Assembly: GCA_964016885.1 (NCBI GenBank)
Contig: OZ024750.1
Location: 5,146,001-5,210,000, forward strand
Source: Eledone cirrhosa
Taxonomy: Eukaryota
Reading direction: 5' to 3'
DNA: 64,000 nt
In this document: positions 22,427 through 38,000 of the stretch, piece by piece
How positions within the stretch are numbered: the stretch's first letter is position 1
Layout of the letters: each line of letters starts with the position of its first letter
The notes under the pieces: generated by a model
The model's database searches: none
Told to the model about the DNA's origin: nothing
What the model saw: the letters and a program-made list of their open reading frames with translations, nothing else
Position numbers and translations under genes: made by a program

Positions 22427-24251
22427 AATTTAGATGTTGGCGTCACTTTGGTTATTGTAAGGTAAGTGAATAGATGTAAGTGTTTTCTTCTTCTTCGCCC
22501 ACTTATTCCTCGTTAGGTCGTAGAGGCAGAGTCCTCAGATACACCTTCCAGAGGGTTTCTATCAGAAACAAAATGAAGCAACTGTCTCCAATTGATCCGC
22601 CTACGTCTCCTGTCGGTTGGCTTTGCCTTGAAATCTGTCCAGTGATATTTTTCCTGTCCGTAGTATCGAAATGATGATCTCTCGACTCGGAGAAGTAGCG
22701 GCTCTATCTGGAATGACACTCTGATCCAAAGACCCTTCAGAAGAACCCCATTTCGGTTACTTCTATTCGCAATCGTATTTATTTCAGTCATTACTCAAGA
22801 TTTCTGACCATTGGTATGGTTAGGCACGAGCACCGAATTAAAAATAGCGACTTTGGCTTTTATACCAACCTCCATTCTTCTGATGACCGAGTGATGAAGC
22901 TGGTACATTACACGTAAAAACGGCCTCGCTATACTTCAACTTCTTCACCTATTTCAGTGGACTCCACTCACATGTAGAATGCATTGCGCAGGTTTCCCTG
23001 AGAGGACGAATGTTTCCGTCTTTGTAGCCCTCATTCCTGCCTTGAAGTCTCTATACGAATGCCTTACAATTTGTATTCGTATAAATTCGTTAGAACATCG
23101 GATAGAATGCTTTGTGGTATTAATTTCGGTTCTCTTCTCCCTGAATTCAAATCCCACTGAGGTCAAGTTTGTATTTCATATGTCGATAAAAAAGTAACAA
23201 TCAAATACTGGGGTCGACCCCCCCCCCTCCTTTTCTCTCTGGAAGAAATCTGCTATATTCAGACCTGAAGAGGATTGGGCTCCGCCATGTTTAAAATAGC
23301 CTAGAAACGCTGTATGTCAATACTACGCCCATACAACTTCCTCGAGATTTACAGGACCATGCATGCATGCAAATGGTGCTGGATGTATACTTGTCAAGCC
23401 CCTTTCTATTCGCCACGGTCCATTACCATTCTAATCCAAACTGGTTCTATACTTCCCCTTCATGTGTTCTTCATTGTCATCCCCGATCTTCCCGCCTCTT
23501 ACGTCTGTCCTTTTGTCCCAACTTTTCACGCTGAAGTCCACTCTATTGTCAACTGTCCTGGTTAAATGTTCTGCTCACCACCGCTGTTCTTTGATGTCTT
23601 TTGAAGTTTTTAGATTATTGCTAAATGGTGTTTTGTTTTTTCTTCTCTTTACACGTCTCAAAATATACCATTATCTCTTCCAGAAAAATCCCGACAAGCC
23701 TGGGAGAGTGATTTATTCATTCGGTTTCGAAGTCTGGGCGATTTGAAATGGTTCCATCGGATTTAACCTGCATTTGTTCAATTTCCATAAATCCAAAGAC
23801 TTCTTTCTTCAAGTTACACTATAATAAATATTTTGGCAACGCTTCAACAAAAAAAAAAAAAATATTTGTTAATATTTATGAAATGTAAATAATTTCAATA
23901 TTTTTTCATGAACGAATACAGAAACGAGGAAAAAATGGTGTTACCAATGAAATAGTAATAAGAATTGTTTTAGAAGATTTTGTTACTATATAAACTTATT
24001 TGGTACGAAACCATTACACGATTTTCCAAAACTTTCTGAACTCATACGATTTTTACAGACAGTTCCCACCATCCTGATTTTAATAACATATTTAATGAAA
24101 AAGTTTTTCAGAGAGAAAATTTAATTTATACATATATCAATACATGGTATTAATTTGACATTCAAGAAACGAGTAGTTTCATAGTCTTTGTTGACAAAGT
24201 AACGTAGTCTCCGCCATCAGAAGTATGTACTCATTGTCATCACTGATCTCC

Positions 24252-24295
<44 letters not shown>

Positions 24296-24546
24296 AAGGG
24301 ATTAGATCATTCAGTCCGTGGGACGAGATATATACAATCAGTTCACAACGATTTGCCCAATACCATCGTTGTGAACTGATTATATATATATATATAAATA
24401 CACACACACACACACATACACACACATACACACACATACACACACACTCAGACACATATATATATATGTTGTGAAAAATAAAAGAAATATATATATATAT
24501 ATCCTTCTATTATAACAAGAGTTCATTGTTATAAGTATATCTGCAG

Positions 24547-24656
24547 CAGTGGTTTCAAAAAATGATTTTGTCATGGAACCTTTGCACAATTTCCCAAAAA
24601 TCGGAGAATCCATATTTAAATACGTAATTAAATGAAATCAATTTTTTTGGGGTTTT

Positions 24657-24689
<33 letters not shown>

Positions 24690-24827
24690 CAGAGAGAGAA
24701 TTCAGTTATATAAAAAATACACCACTAAATATTAAGTTTTATTAATTTGATTAAGTTGTATTAAAAGACACTTTATCTTGCGAAACCCTAAAAAAAATTT
24801 TCACAGAACTCTTTTTGGTAAACACTG
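24547..24827. mobile_element. hAT-like MITE
   Basis: Imperfect terminal inverted repeats CAGTGGTTTCAAAAAA / TTTTTGGTAAACACTG; the 8-bp target-site duplication is not clean. Confidence 0.45.
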
Positions 24828-27800
24828 CCATACAGCAAAGAGTTATTGAAATCTTATAATCATTTTTATTATAATAAATATATGGTAAACTGGAGCAGAG
24901 TTTCACGACTTGGCGTATTGCTTTATATATCCAAACAGACGATCGCCTTGCAAATAGGAATCAAATCAATAATTTAATTCTTCACATCCTGCAATGATTT
25001 ATCAGAAAATATTTTTAATGGGTTTGTTAATTCAAATGTTTGTGCTATCTTTACAAGTTGACAAACAGTTGTGAAAATGTGAAGTAAAGGCTTAAATTTT
25101 CAATGTAATACAGTTATAGTGTTGCTTTGTACTTTTCAGGAATGTCTTACTAATGCAGTTTAAAGTGGCGTAGGTCGCTAAGAGTTAAATACCAACGTTT
25201 ATGTTCTTGAAAGATTCCAAAAGCATTGAAAGTTACTGATAATGTCTTGAAGTGAACAGTGCCGGCTTTAGATTTGGTGAGGTCATCACCGATATAAAGT
25301 TTGAAGGTCTTGTGTTTAAACATGACATACATGTCTCTTAGATAAATTGAAGACATGCTATTTATGTGCTAGTCTTGAACCATAGTAAAAGCAATTGACT
25401 AAAGATGGAAGGACTGAGACCCCTACCATTAAAAGACCCAAGAAACCTATGAGATTCAACCTCGTAGGAATTCAACTAAAACTACATCGGTGTGAGCTGT
25501 AAATTTCATATTTTTTTCAATTGACCAAAGATATGTCCCTATCATTAAAACACTCAAGAGACCTATGAGATGTAACCTTTGAGGCCATATATAATGAGGC
25601 TAGCTAAACCTACATAAATGTGAGTTGTAACAACACTCATGCATTAAATTGATCTCAAATATTTTGATAAAGTAGGATGTATGTGTGTATGGGATCTCCG
25701 TTGGTTCCGACTAAATTCTGGTATTAGTCAAGGAATGTCGAAAATCTACAAAGAGCTCTCAGAGTAAGTTTTTTTTTAAATCATAACTGTGGACACAGTG
25801 ACTCTACTGGAGTTTTAAAGTTTCTAGACATATATACACCTGCACAATTTAGGTTTTACAATAATCTTGGCGTTCGGCCTAAATTTCTATTGATTCTATT
25901 AAACAACTGTGGGGCCAAATAGCTGTGTGTGTGTAATACAGACAACTTTCACAAGACTCATGCATCCTCGAAGTCCCTTTAAAATAATTTTCCTGATGAG
26001 AATAAGAAACCTCGCCTTAAAATAGACACCAATAAAGTTTTCAACAAGTACAAGTGTTGGTTGGTCTGGTGTCACCTTTGAGAACATTTAGAAAGAGGGG
26101 AAAGTAGGAGAGTGATAGAGAGGGAATTAACATATTGGCAGAAGTGGTAGGTAAAGAGTGAGATAGATAGATAGGTGAACGAACGCGCATGCTCACACAC
26201 AGGTAATAGTCATTTGTTGAGAGCTAGCGGTTCTTTTACTCCTTTTCATATCGTGGATGTTGTGGCGAAGGTGAGAGTCACTCCAACTGTAGTCGAACGG
26301 AATAAAAATTCTAAAATACTAGGAGACTATTTTTTCAGGCTGTGGTGTTCAAAACATCTGGGGAGAACTGGGCTGCTGACAATGAGGTCCTTGCCATTGT
26401 TGACGGCTCACCTTACTGAGGTGATGCGAGCAACAGTGCTTGGTTATTCCAGCATCGTAACCTCGCTACCATCCGTGGCAATACTGGCAATGTACTTATT
26501 TGTATGCATTCTATCAAAATAAATTTCCTTTACATATAAAAAAAATGTTTAAGTAGCATAATCAACTTCCATTTGCGGGATATGAAGGCACAAAACTATA
26601 GTTATACCGTCGAAAGAAACCATGTCAGATTAGGTTAGTGCGAGGCCTGCAGCATACGTCTAATATAAAGGTGTCCTAAATTTAAAACATGTAACATAAT
26701 GGTTAAAGTGAGCACAATCTTATAGTGAAAAGAATATAGCTCGGGTTCCCTCAACATGTGTGGTCACTGAAAATACAGGGCTTATAGCAAATATTCTTGC
26801 TACTAATCTGGTCCTAGAAAGAACGGAAATATTTCTCTACTGTGTCATTAAAAAAATTCAAACATTTAAAAAAATAAATAAATAAATAATAATAATAATA
26901 TTGATTTCTACATGAGGCAGAAGGTCAACAATTATTGACTGGTATTTTATCTATCTTAACTAATAATAGAGAAAGTGCGTTACTATTGTAGATAAATATT
27001 GATTAATGTAAGTCTCGCTATTGCTTGCAATAACATGTATTAATTTGCTGCAGGCCTTCTATTCACTGTAAAGGGTTCGTTAGATAAAAGCTAAATTTAA
27101 TATATATTTATATAATGACCGGAATATTAATGTGAGATTACATGTGAGAGATAACAGCCGTTTCAACAAACCAATCATTATATCATAACAACTTACAATG
27201 ATTTCTCCCTCGTAAAATGGCTTCATAAACACGTGTAGCCGGTTCATGACAAACAGAAATATGGCTTTGGCTGCCGTACACCAGATTCCATCCACTTTTT
27301 TACAAGAAATTCTTGAATTAAGAACAAAAATTCCAGGTTAGTGATTATTGTCGATATCTATTGTGCTGGAATACTTTAGTTATATGTGTATGTATGGCTG
27401 GAAATTACAACGAGACTCTTGTGTATTATTTATAACTACAAGATTTATTTGGGAGTCTTTTAAATATTGTTGTCCTGGCTACAGTTCAGCCTCCACATCA
27501 TTATATATATATATATAATGATGAAACCAAGTCGTCGGATAGGACCGAAAACCCGATCGTTTCCCCATATATATATATGTATATATATATATATAGTGCT
27601 CGCTGTCCGAACATCTCTGATGTAATTTAGGTACCAAAATATGTTCTTAAATCCCTGTTAGATAGAATTAGCTTTGAAAGATAGAACTACAAGAGTAAAT
27701 ATATTCATATATTCCAAGCTATATATTATATCTACTAAATGTTAAGAGAGGCTTACGTAATTCGACATATATATTAATTTATGTTTAAACAATATAATTA

Positions 27801-28239
27801 TACGAAAACATGGCGAGAGTCGTCACTCAATTGATCGTTCATGATCAGATTATCAGCTGTATTCACAACACAAGTGTCAGTGACTGTAACCAGGGCCACC
27901 ACAGTATCTAAGGGTCCCCAAATTGTTATCATTATCCAAGATCGATTTAATCGACTTTCCCCTCCCCACAAACAATTGCTGGCCTTGTGCCTAAATCAGA
28001 AACCATTATTATTTTGCTACCATAAATAATATGCAAGTGCCCCTCCCGATGAAATTTTCAGCTAAGGGTCCTCTGTGTAAGATACCCCCAATATACTATA
28101 ATATAGTGTTTCACAATGACATGGGAGACAATGAGTAAAAAAAATAGCTTCAAAATGGATTCTGTTCGTTATATGAAATATTTATGTAAAATAATAATAA
28201 AATGGCCAGCAATTTTCTCTTTGAAGTGGCTCAGAGATC

Positions 28240-28392
28240 CTTCGTTGTAGGTAGACGTTATGTAAACATGATGATGTTTGCTTGTTTCTGGTAGTTGTAT
28301 TAATTACTAATGTCAAACTACATTTTCATTTTATCACGTAATTGTCAATAGCTATTGTAGCTGACAAGAAGCTACGTCTACCTACAATGAAG
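28240..28392. mobile_element. Small MITE upstream of THADA
   Basis: 19-bp terminal inverted repeats CTTCGTTGTAGGTAGACGT / ACGTCTACCTACAATGAAG with one mismatch. Confidence 0.55.
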
Positions 28393-29014
28393 CATCATCG
28401 CAGATTCTGTTTATTACACGAAATATTTATATAAGATATGAAATGGTTGGTTATTTTCTTATAAAGTGGCTCACAGTCATTCAGAAATCAATTAATTAAT
28501 TGGTATAATCCTATTTGAGGATTTCATTAAAGTAAAAGTGAAGTCTACAGACGGTAGATAGAAAACCCGGAACTTAAACGAGACGTACTTACTTTCTGTT
28601 TCCGTTACAAAACATGAAATGTGTTTATATTGTGCATACACACTGCCAGCAAAATAGAATGCAAGATTTCACGGTTCAATCCTTCATAATCAGGTTATGA
28701 ACTTTTCAGCCCACTCTCCTATACAAAAACTAATTTTGTTCTGTCTTTAATGAGAACCCTCAAATAGGACTGTGCTCTAATGATATATGTTCTCTGAGAA
28801 ATTTCCAGTTAGATATGGAAATATTACCTATACATTATATACGTTTCAGAGCCATCTAAGAGTATGGCAGTGATGACAGTGATAATGATGGTGGTGGGTG
28901 GTGGAGATGGTGACACCATCTCCACTACCATCTTGTGATGATGATTATTGTAGTGGTGCTGGAGCTGAGGATAATGATGGTAGTGGTGGTGTTTAAGAAG
29001 AAGGATAATAGTAG

Positions 29015-29209
29015 TTGACACTGCACTCAGTGCTCCTGTGGGAGCCTCTACACGGACACACTAGAAGGGGGAGACCGAGGTTGACAATTATTGATACCCT
29101 AAGGACAGACACTGGTCTCTGGGAGACGCAGGACATAGCGACAATGATGAAGGACACAGACCGCTGGAGAGAACTCGTCCGTGGATCTCAAGAATTTTAT
29201 CCACCCTAG
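29015..29209 (+). mobile_element. 3' end of an RTE-clade LINE ORF
   Basis: LLWEPLHGHTRRGRPRLTIIDTLRTDTG..MKDTDRWRELV is a typical RTE C-terminus. Confidence 0.7.
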
Positions 29210-29309
29210 CCAGATAGTAGTTGTGATAGTAATAGTGATAGTGGTGGTGGTGGTGATTATAATGATGATGATTATCTTTTATCTTATATATTCTTTGTTT
29301 CTATTTCAG

Positions 29310-29404
29310 AGACAGATCTACAAGAAAACCCTAATTTATTTGTTCATTTATCAGAATTCTTCACCTGCACAAATGATAAAGAATTACTGCAAATCCCTAA
29401 AAAA
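29310..29404 (+). CDS. THADA: THADA exon
   Basis: tttcag acceptor, gtatgt donor; [31 protein letters not shown]. Confidence 0.6.
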
Positions 29405-32400
29405 GTATGTATACACACCAACATAAACACAGCAACTTATACTATACAACAGTGATTCTCAAGTTATAAAAGCAAAAAAATATAAAATTTCCCAAATTAT
29501 TTATATATCTTGTATTTCTTCTAGATAATTGGTTTAATAAAATGTCAGGAGGAATTACAGCCAGACCATATTCAGGTAGCTGTTGATGTTATGGTTGCTA
29601 TTTATATTCGTTACCCAACTCGACATCCATTAAAAAATGTCTTTAAAAGGTAAATATTATTTTTCAACTCAAATAGATATTTTCATTTCGTAGAATAAAT
29701 ATTGTTTTTACTTTTGGCACAAGGCCAGCAATTATTCCAGTGCATTACTGGTACTTTATTTTATTGACCCCGTAAGGATGAAAGGCAAAGCTAACCTCGG
29801 TGGGATTTGAACTCAGATCATAAAGGGCTGTAACTCTATGCTGCAAAGCATGGCATCCGACCCTCTATCGATACTGCCAATCCACCTCTCTATTATTCGT
29901 AAAATAATAATAATAACTCAATGCAAGGAAGCTGGTAAAACAGCAAAATGTCAACGACATCGTCGGGTAAAATTTACTTCAAAGGTTAGAAATCAGTGGC
30001 TAGAACTGTGTTGGCCTACAGAAGTGATAGGAAGAAAATGGATGAGACAAGATCACACGAACATTTATATACACTCATCAGCTTTTAGACCGGCTGTGGT
30101 TTTCGATGATGCAGTTTATATATAATATTGTCCTTTTTAAATGTACCATGGATTACTTTAATCATTACAGAAGACAGTGTAACACAGTCTCTCTTCAATT
30201 TCTGTGCATATTGTCATATCTACATGCATATATATTTGCGTATAATATCAATATGTACACTACACATGCTAGCAGAAAAACCACCATCTGGTGGTTTTTC
30301 TGCTAATATGTATAATAATTTTTATACCTGTTTTCCATGTTTGATGTTCTTTATGTTATTTAGTCTGTTCCAAAGTTTCCCGGCAGCCAGCAAAAGCTTT
30401 ATCACAAGCCAGCTTGAAAGGGAAATAATGCACCTTCTAAGTAATTTCCAGAACACATCTCACCACCAGCATGACCATCTAAGAGCTTTGGTTGAAGCAA
30501 TATTGAACTTGCTGGAAAATTTCACTTTGGGTTTGTATATTTTCTTTTCTTTCCTTTTTCTAAAAATCCCATAAATTTGATGCATTTTATCATACCACCA
30601 TCACTACCATTTTACAGAGTGTACTGGGTGTATTATATTGTGGAACCATCACTGCCACTTTACAGAGCGTACTGGGTGTATTATATTGTGCCACCAACAC
30701 TACCACTTTACAGAGTGTACTGGGTGTATTATATTGTGGCACCATCACTGCCACTTCACAGACTATATTGAGTACATTTTATCACAGCACCAACACTGGA
30801 GAAGTCGAGATGTCCCCAGCAGTGCAAAAGGGATCCTCTCAACCCAACATTGTCTCTGCTCAAAATTATTTGAAAATCATAGGCAGTGTCTTTCATTAGA
30901 AATATTGTAATGAAATGGCTAAAAAAACATGTAGCTTCATTGTACTTAAAATATAGTTTTTGTTACTGTTCAGTGAGAGAAAAATATTTGTTGGAAGGAT
31001 GGGAAAAGGGACTGAAGACCTGATCGAAATGTTTGCAACAGAAGACATTTAAGGGTCAGGTGATTATGTTAAACCAGGAGACTGATTAAATCTACCACCC
31101 AAGAAGTAATGTTGAATAAAAAAAGTTTTTTCTTTCTTTTTTTTTTTTTCAGGAGAAGAAAGTTTGAAAAAACACTGCATCCCAGGTAAGTTATTATAAA
31201 ACATTCATTGATAGTATAAAATATTCAATATTGTTATAGAAAAAAATAAAGACTTTTGATACTGATCTAAAACCATCATCCTTGGTTTTAAGATACAAAT
31301 CTGCTTGTTTTAAAGTGTTCATGTTTATATTAAAACCTTCCAACATAATTTTATCTCAGAACATTTTGTTGAGTAATGTTTCAAACACCAACTTAAAAAG
31401 GAAAAAGTTATTTTACTAAATTCCTCTGTAAAATAGACAATTATTTTGTAAGCTGATAATGATGATTTTGTGTGAGATTATTATCTTGAGAAGAAACAAG
31501 GTGTGTGTGTTGGGTGTGTAGTAGATCTACCATATTAACATGGCCTAGATATGCTGTGTATAGACAAAGTGAGGGTATGATAGCAGAGAGATCATATTTC
31601 ATCTAATATATTGGATATCTGGTCTATTGGAAAACTATACATCAGATAAGATCTGTCATGACCTAGGGCAGCCATCATCATCATCATCGTGCTAGCATGG
31701 ATTCTTTACAGTATATGGTGGATCCATACTATCATAGCACCAACACTAGAGAGGTTGTCATATCCTTGACATGACTGAAGAGTTCTCTCTTTTTAGCATG
31801 GTTTCTGTGACTGAATGCTGCCCTTCCTAATGCCAACCACTTTACAGTGTGTAATGGGTGCATTTTATTGTGACACCAACACCAGGGAAGTTCTCAAGTC
31901 TTCGACAGAACCAAAGTATCCTCTCTACCTTTCATTGTCTCAGTTTATTTGTCAACTATTTTATAAGAGTTACTGAGGGCATTGCATTGTGACACTAACA
32001 CCAGAGAAGTTGTCCTGCATACTGTAGCTTAAAAGGAACTTCTTTATTCTAGGCAGTCCATGATGGTAAGATGTGATTTGAAGGAGATTTGACTACTGTT
32101 TCTAACACATCAAGTGAATATGTAACAGCTCCTTCCTTGGTTCTTATTACCATTAGTAGATATGGAAGAAAGTAGTGAGATCAAATCTCTGGATGTTGGG
32201 ACTTGCTAATGAGATGACACAGGATTAAGATGAACCGTGATTTATCATATTGCAACATTATCCAACCCATGCCGACATAGACAATTAGATATTAAGATGT
32301 CCATGTTTACAAGGAGGATGTTATAATGACATTTAATATATTTTCCAGTGATCAAATTTTTGTCTCAGTGTCTCCAAGTATTCCTCACTGTTCTCAGGTA

Positions 32401-33900
32401 AGAATATAAAAATTATTATATATATATATATTTATTTCTAAAAATACAGTCACCAGATTGCAGATATCTATAAATAATAATTGAATGTATCAGGTACCTC
32501 TGCTATGCCCTTACTCAGTACACTCTGTAAAGGGTTAGAAAGAACATACTGACATAGAATCCAGGCTAAAAGTAGAATGTATGACTGAGATGTGGTTCTG
32601 ACCTGTCTAGGAGGACAATAACTCTGAAGAAGAACTGACTCAGATTATGATGAACTGTCCAACCCATACCAACATCAAAAGTGGACATAACATAATGATG
32701 ATGTAATGAGCATCTCCTTCTTCTCTACATTATTACCATTCAAAGTCCCTTTCAGTCATATCTAACCATGAGTTTACACCTGGAAAGTTCCTCTCTAAGG
32801 CACAAGCCAGGACACAATGTTTTGTAAAAGACCAGTTGTCACCCATGCATGATAGTCTTCATGCCATCAATGTCTAAAAGAAAGGCAAAGGCTGATACAG
32901 CTTGGTCCAGTGTCATCACAACTCATATATTTCTCTCTAAGCCTCACCTTAATCTCACCTGTACAGTAATCCAATCTTTACTATAATTCTATTTCTATGT
33001 CTCTCCTAGCCTTACCAATATCCCACCTGTACAGTGTAATGAAATCATGCACCACAGTTTGTTTACATCAAAAGCTGTGAATAAAGTTTTACAGAAGTTC
33101 TCTGCAGACTATAGTAATGCCATTTCCTGCAACACTGATGAAATGAATACAATATCGGCACAACTGGCATCAGCAGCTTTGATTATCATCCAAGAAGGTA
33201 AATCTCATTAATTAACCCTTTCATTAACATATTTCTAATCAAATGCTCAGATGGCTTCCTAGAACTAGTTGACAATTTCTCCTACCTGGGGGACCAAATT
33301 CGTTTATCTGTGAACATTTTCAGTTGTTTGTTGGGGTGGCTGGTTTATTCATGTTGTTTAGTGTAAGTATCTATTTAGTTTTACAGCATGTACTGGGTGC
33401 ATATTGTCATGGCACCAACACTAGGGAGATTGTCACTAGTTCGGTAAGACTAGTCCTCTCTATCTTATATTGTCTTTGTTTTAATTATGATATTCCTTTG
33501 TTTCTTATTTTTTAACTTCAGAGAAGATGTTAATTGAATGTCGAACTAACAGTGCCATGACTTTGCTACTGCTGCTTCAACTGTGGGACCAGAACAACAC
33601 TGGCTTCTTGGTAAGTTCTCTCAAATAACAGTTAAATAGCTATTGAGTGCTACAATATAATCCAGTACAGTACAGTCTATGAACCAAGGAAATTTAGGAT
33701 TGAGAGATCCCTTTAATCCTATCAAACATTTGACAACCTCTCTAGTGCCGATTCCATGATAAAATGCACCCAGTACATTCTGTAAAGGGGTTGGCTAATG
33801 ATCCAGTATGAAGCAGGCGAAAATCCAGAGTAACAAGACTCACTATTTAGCCTTAATAAAATCAATATATATTTGTATTATATATATATATTATATATGT

Positions 33901-33993
<93 letters not shown>

Positions 33994-34964
33994 GGCTTAG
34001 TGATGTGTTGTTTCCATGAGCAAGATATTTTATTTCACATTACTCCAGTTTACACACCTGTAGAAATGAGAGGATAGGGACTGGGGATGCATATCATTCC
34101 ACTGCAAAGTGGTCGTGGAGGTGCCACGGCAAAAAAAAGCACCCACCACTCACTGTAAATGAGGTTGGTGTTAGGAAGGGCATCCAGCTGTAGAAATCGA
34201 GCCAGAATCAGTTCCCATCCCACCCTTGCAAGCAGGGAAAAGCGGACGTAAAATGATGATGATGATATATATATATTTATATTAAATCATTATCATTATC
34301 ATCATCACCATTTAACAATGATGATATATATATCACCATGCATCAAGTACTGCCCTGATTTGTGGTCTTTCAGGTCCTCATACCACAGTCACTCAATATA
34401 TATATATATAGAAAGATATATTTATGTTGTTTTGTTTGTTTTCAGCTTTCCTCACTGTTTGATCCTAAACATACATCATGCCGGCTTTCAACATTTCCTC
34501 ATTGGTTTCAACAAACAGATATATTAAGTCTAACACTACCAGAGATATCACCTTCTTCATCATTGTCAGTTATATTTGCCGTATTAGCAGTGATTCCTCT
34601 AGATAAACTCACTCAACCATACCATACTGAAAACAACCATCCACCTGAAGACAGCACTGTATTCAATATTGTTCTTAAACAACTGTTTCTTAATATTTCT
34701 AGGTAAGGAATCTTTAACAGTCTTTCATTGGTTTATTGATTGTATTGGTACCAGTCCACTCTGTAAAGTGGTAGTGGTAGTGTCATGATAAATTACACCC
34801 AGTCCACTCAGGAATGTGGTAGTACTGGTACCATGTTAAATTACACCCAGTCCACTCTGTAAAGTGGTACTGCTGGTACTACCAAAAAATCTTTAATTAG
34901 ATTTTAAAAACTTTGTAAAAGAAAATCAGCTAAAAATAATATTTTAGATTTTCTGTATATTTGA

Positions 34965-35022
<58 letters not shown>

Positions 35023-38000
35023 CATACATATATTTCGTTTTAGGAGTGGAAATGTTGGCAGTAAACTTTTGGGCTGCAGATCCATGATTCTGTGGACATC
35101 CAGAATGGGGTGAGTTATCATACTGGTCTATTTTCTGAATTTCTTAGAATCATTGCTTTTTGAATCCCTTCATTACCATATTTCTAATCAAATACACTCT
35201 ATTTCATTTAGTTAAGACTTTTGAGGGATTTCCTCATCATCATTATCATCATAGTAGCAGCATTTTGATATGTGCTGCACCAATACAGGGACTGCATGGC
35301 CACATAATTTAGGGTGGAGGGACATTATTTGCCGAGGTTAACTTTGCCTTTCATTCTTATGGGGTCAATAAAATAAAGTACCATTAATGCACTGGGTAAT
35401 TGCTGGCCTTGTGCCAAAAGTAGAAACAATTATTTGCTGGGATTTGAACTCAGAATGCAGAGAACTAGAATGAATACTACAAAGCTTTCCATCTGACACC
35501 GTAACGATTTGGCAAATTCACCACCTTACATCTTTATTGTAAATATTACAAAAATAAAAAAATGTCAGATATTCTCACCTGTTGCTAATATAATCAATGT
35601 TATTTAATCTGATTTGTGATTATTAACTTTGGTGTTTTCAACAGTATAGCTCTGAAAGAAGGAAGAATTAAGCAGGATGATTTAGGGGCTCTTTTGGCTA
35701 AGGAAGGATTCTTTTCACGCATTATGGACTTCATTTGGACAGCATGGGAAGACCATTCTGATGTAAGTATACCCCAATTTTAATTTTATTTCTATGAGAT
35801 CAACCATAACACCCTGCCATTATTGTCTCTCTGCCATAACACCTTCCATCACTGTCTCTCTTCCATAACACCTTCCATCACTGTCTCTCTTCCTTAACAC
35901 CTTCCATCACTGTCTCTCTTCCATAACACCTTCCATCACTGTCTCTCTTCCATAACACCCTGCCATCACTGTTTCTCTTCCATAACACCCTGCCATCACT
36001 GTCTCTCTTCCATAACACCTTCCATCACTGTCTCTTTCATAACTTCTTCCTTTACTACCGTCTCACTTAAACCACTCATTATACAGTCACCCTGGCTCTT
36101 CTATCATCTTTCTTTCTCTCTCATCTTACTCATGTTGCCTTGAATGGAGTGGAGAAGCCCTTTAGTAAAATATTGTTTATGTAGTTTATGTAGTTAAACT
36201 GTGTTGTTATTCTGTTGAACTAAACTATTTTGTCTCTCTCTCTCTCACTGTCTTTCAGGCTGTCCGTCTGAGTGCCAGGAATATATTCCAAAACATGGTG
36301 ATTATATATCAACATGCTACACTTGTTAATGGTAAGTCAACTAGAGAAACTACCATTGCAACAACACAACTATTATGTTAGAATTAGTTTTTATTAGTGG
36401 ATTGGCAGAATTGGTAGAGGGTCGGACGCAATGCTTTGACCCATAGAGTTATGGCCCTTGCCATTCTGAGTTCAAATCCTGCCGAGGTTAACTTTGCTTT
36501 TCATCCTTACAAGGTCAATAAAATAAAGTACCAGTAATGTACTGGGTAATTGCTAGCCTTGTGCCAAAAGTAGAAATAATTATAGTTTAAGTTATTGTTG
36601 GCTCTCATATCTCAGTTGCTGTTATTGTCGTCGTTGTTGCAGTTGTTGCTATTCTTGTTGTTTCACCTTGTGTTAGCACTGAGCAAGCAGATAAGTTAGA
36701 TTAGATTATTTTCTATCATTTCAGAACCTGGAAGCAATCTGGAGTTTGTCTGTGAGTTAACAGTAAGACTTCTCCAAGATATCAGTTGGAGCAGTAAAGG
36801 AAAATATGGAGCTTTGTGCTGCCTGGTTAACCAATTTGGTTCTAAAGCTATTTTACAGTTGGAACCTAATATAACAGATTCAATCTTGCAACAAATGAAA
36901 GAACACCAACTGGCATCATATGTAAGTATTTAGTAAAAGTAAATATATGAAGTGTACTGTGTGCATTTTATCATGGCATCAGCACTGTCACAGTACAGAG
37001 TGTACTGGGTGCATTTTATCATGGCATCAGCAGAGCCATTCTACAAACTTATTTCATTCTTCTATACACAGGCAAGTGAACTATACGAGAAACTTTTACT
37101 GAAGCACCAACAGGAACTGTGGGTTGCTCAATGTAAAGATTGTGGTTCAACTATAAAGAGTTTTAGAGATGGGCAGACTACAACTGGAGAATTGTGCTGT
37201 AGTCAGAGGCAAGCTTGGTGTCTCCAATGGATTCAACCTGTTGTTCATCTTCTATGTACAGAATCAATTGAGTCAAAACTCAACATCCATATTACAGAGG
37301 TCAGTAGAGTTTGGTTTTGTTTCTTTTACTTCTGGTTTTCCATACTTTTAAGTCAGTGAATTGGCATATTCATTAAATACTCTGATTAAATGTCTCAGTA
37401 GTTATTCTGGCTCACTGAGTTCTTAGCTCAAACTCTGCTGAGGTTAACTTTACTTTTCATCCTTTCAAAGTCAATAAAGAGGCAGTCTAGTACTAGGGTT
37501 GAGTCTTCCTTCTCGTTCTCTCTCTCGGTCACTACATCTGTTGGCCATTATATCTGTTGATCACCACATCTGTTAGCCACTATATCTGTTGATCACTATA
37601 TCTGTTAGCCACTATATCTGTTATTCACTACATCTGCTGTTTACTATATCTGTTGATTACTATATATGCTGTTTACTATATCTGTTGGTCACTACATCTG
37701 TTGGCTACCAGACATATTGAATAATTGAACATATTAGCCACTAATATCACCCCACCAACCGCAGCAACAACATCAATGGTGGCAATACAATAAATTCCTT
37801 ATTTCTATTTACAGTATGTGTTACCTAAGTTATTGAAAAGCAGCAGACATGTCTTGGAGTTCATGGTACAAGCAATATGGCCAACAAGACAACATGTTCA
37901 AGGTAAATACCTTCTTTTATATGATTACTAGAAATATGGTCACGAAAGGGTTAAAAAAAAGTCATCATCATTTCACATCCATTTTTCCACACTAGCATGG

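Noticed and set aside
22880-22925. CTGATGA followed by a stem-loop (hammerhead candidate)
   Set aside because: The GAAA box is replaced by TAAAAA and stems I and III are not convincing.
23265-23320. CTGAAGA...GAAAC...GTA hammerhead candidate
   Set aside because: Stem II does not close next to the core, and the related repeat copy at about 43040 lacks the boxes.
25993-26010. CTGATGAGAATAAGAAAC hammerhead candidate
   Set aside because: No stem II pairing and no NUH or stem I.
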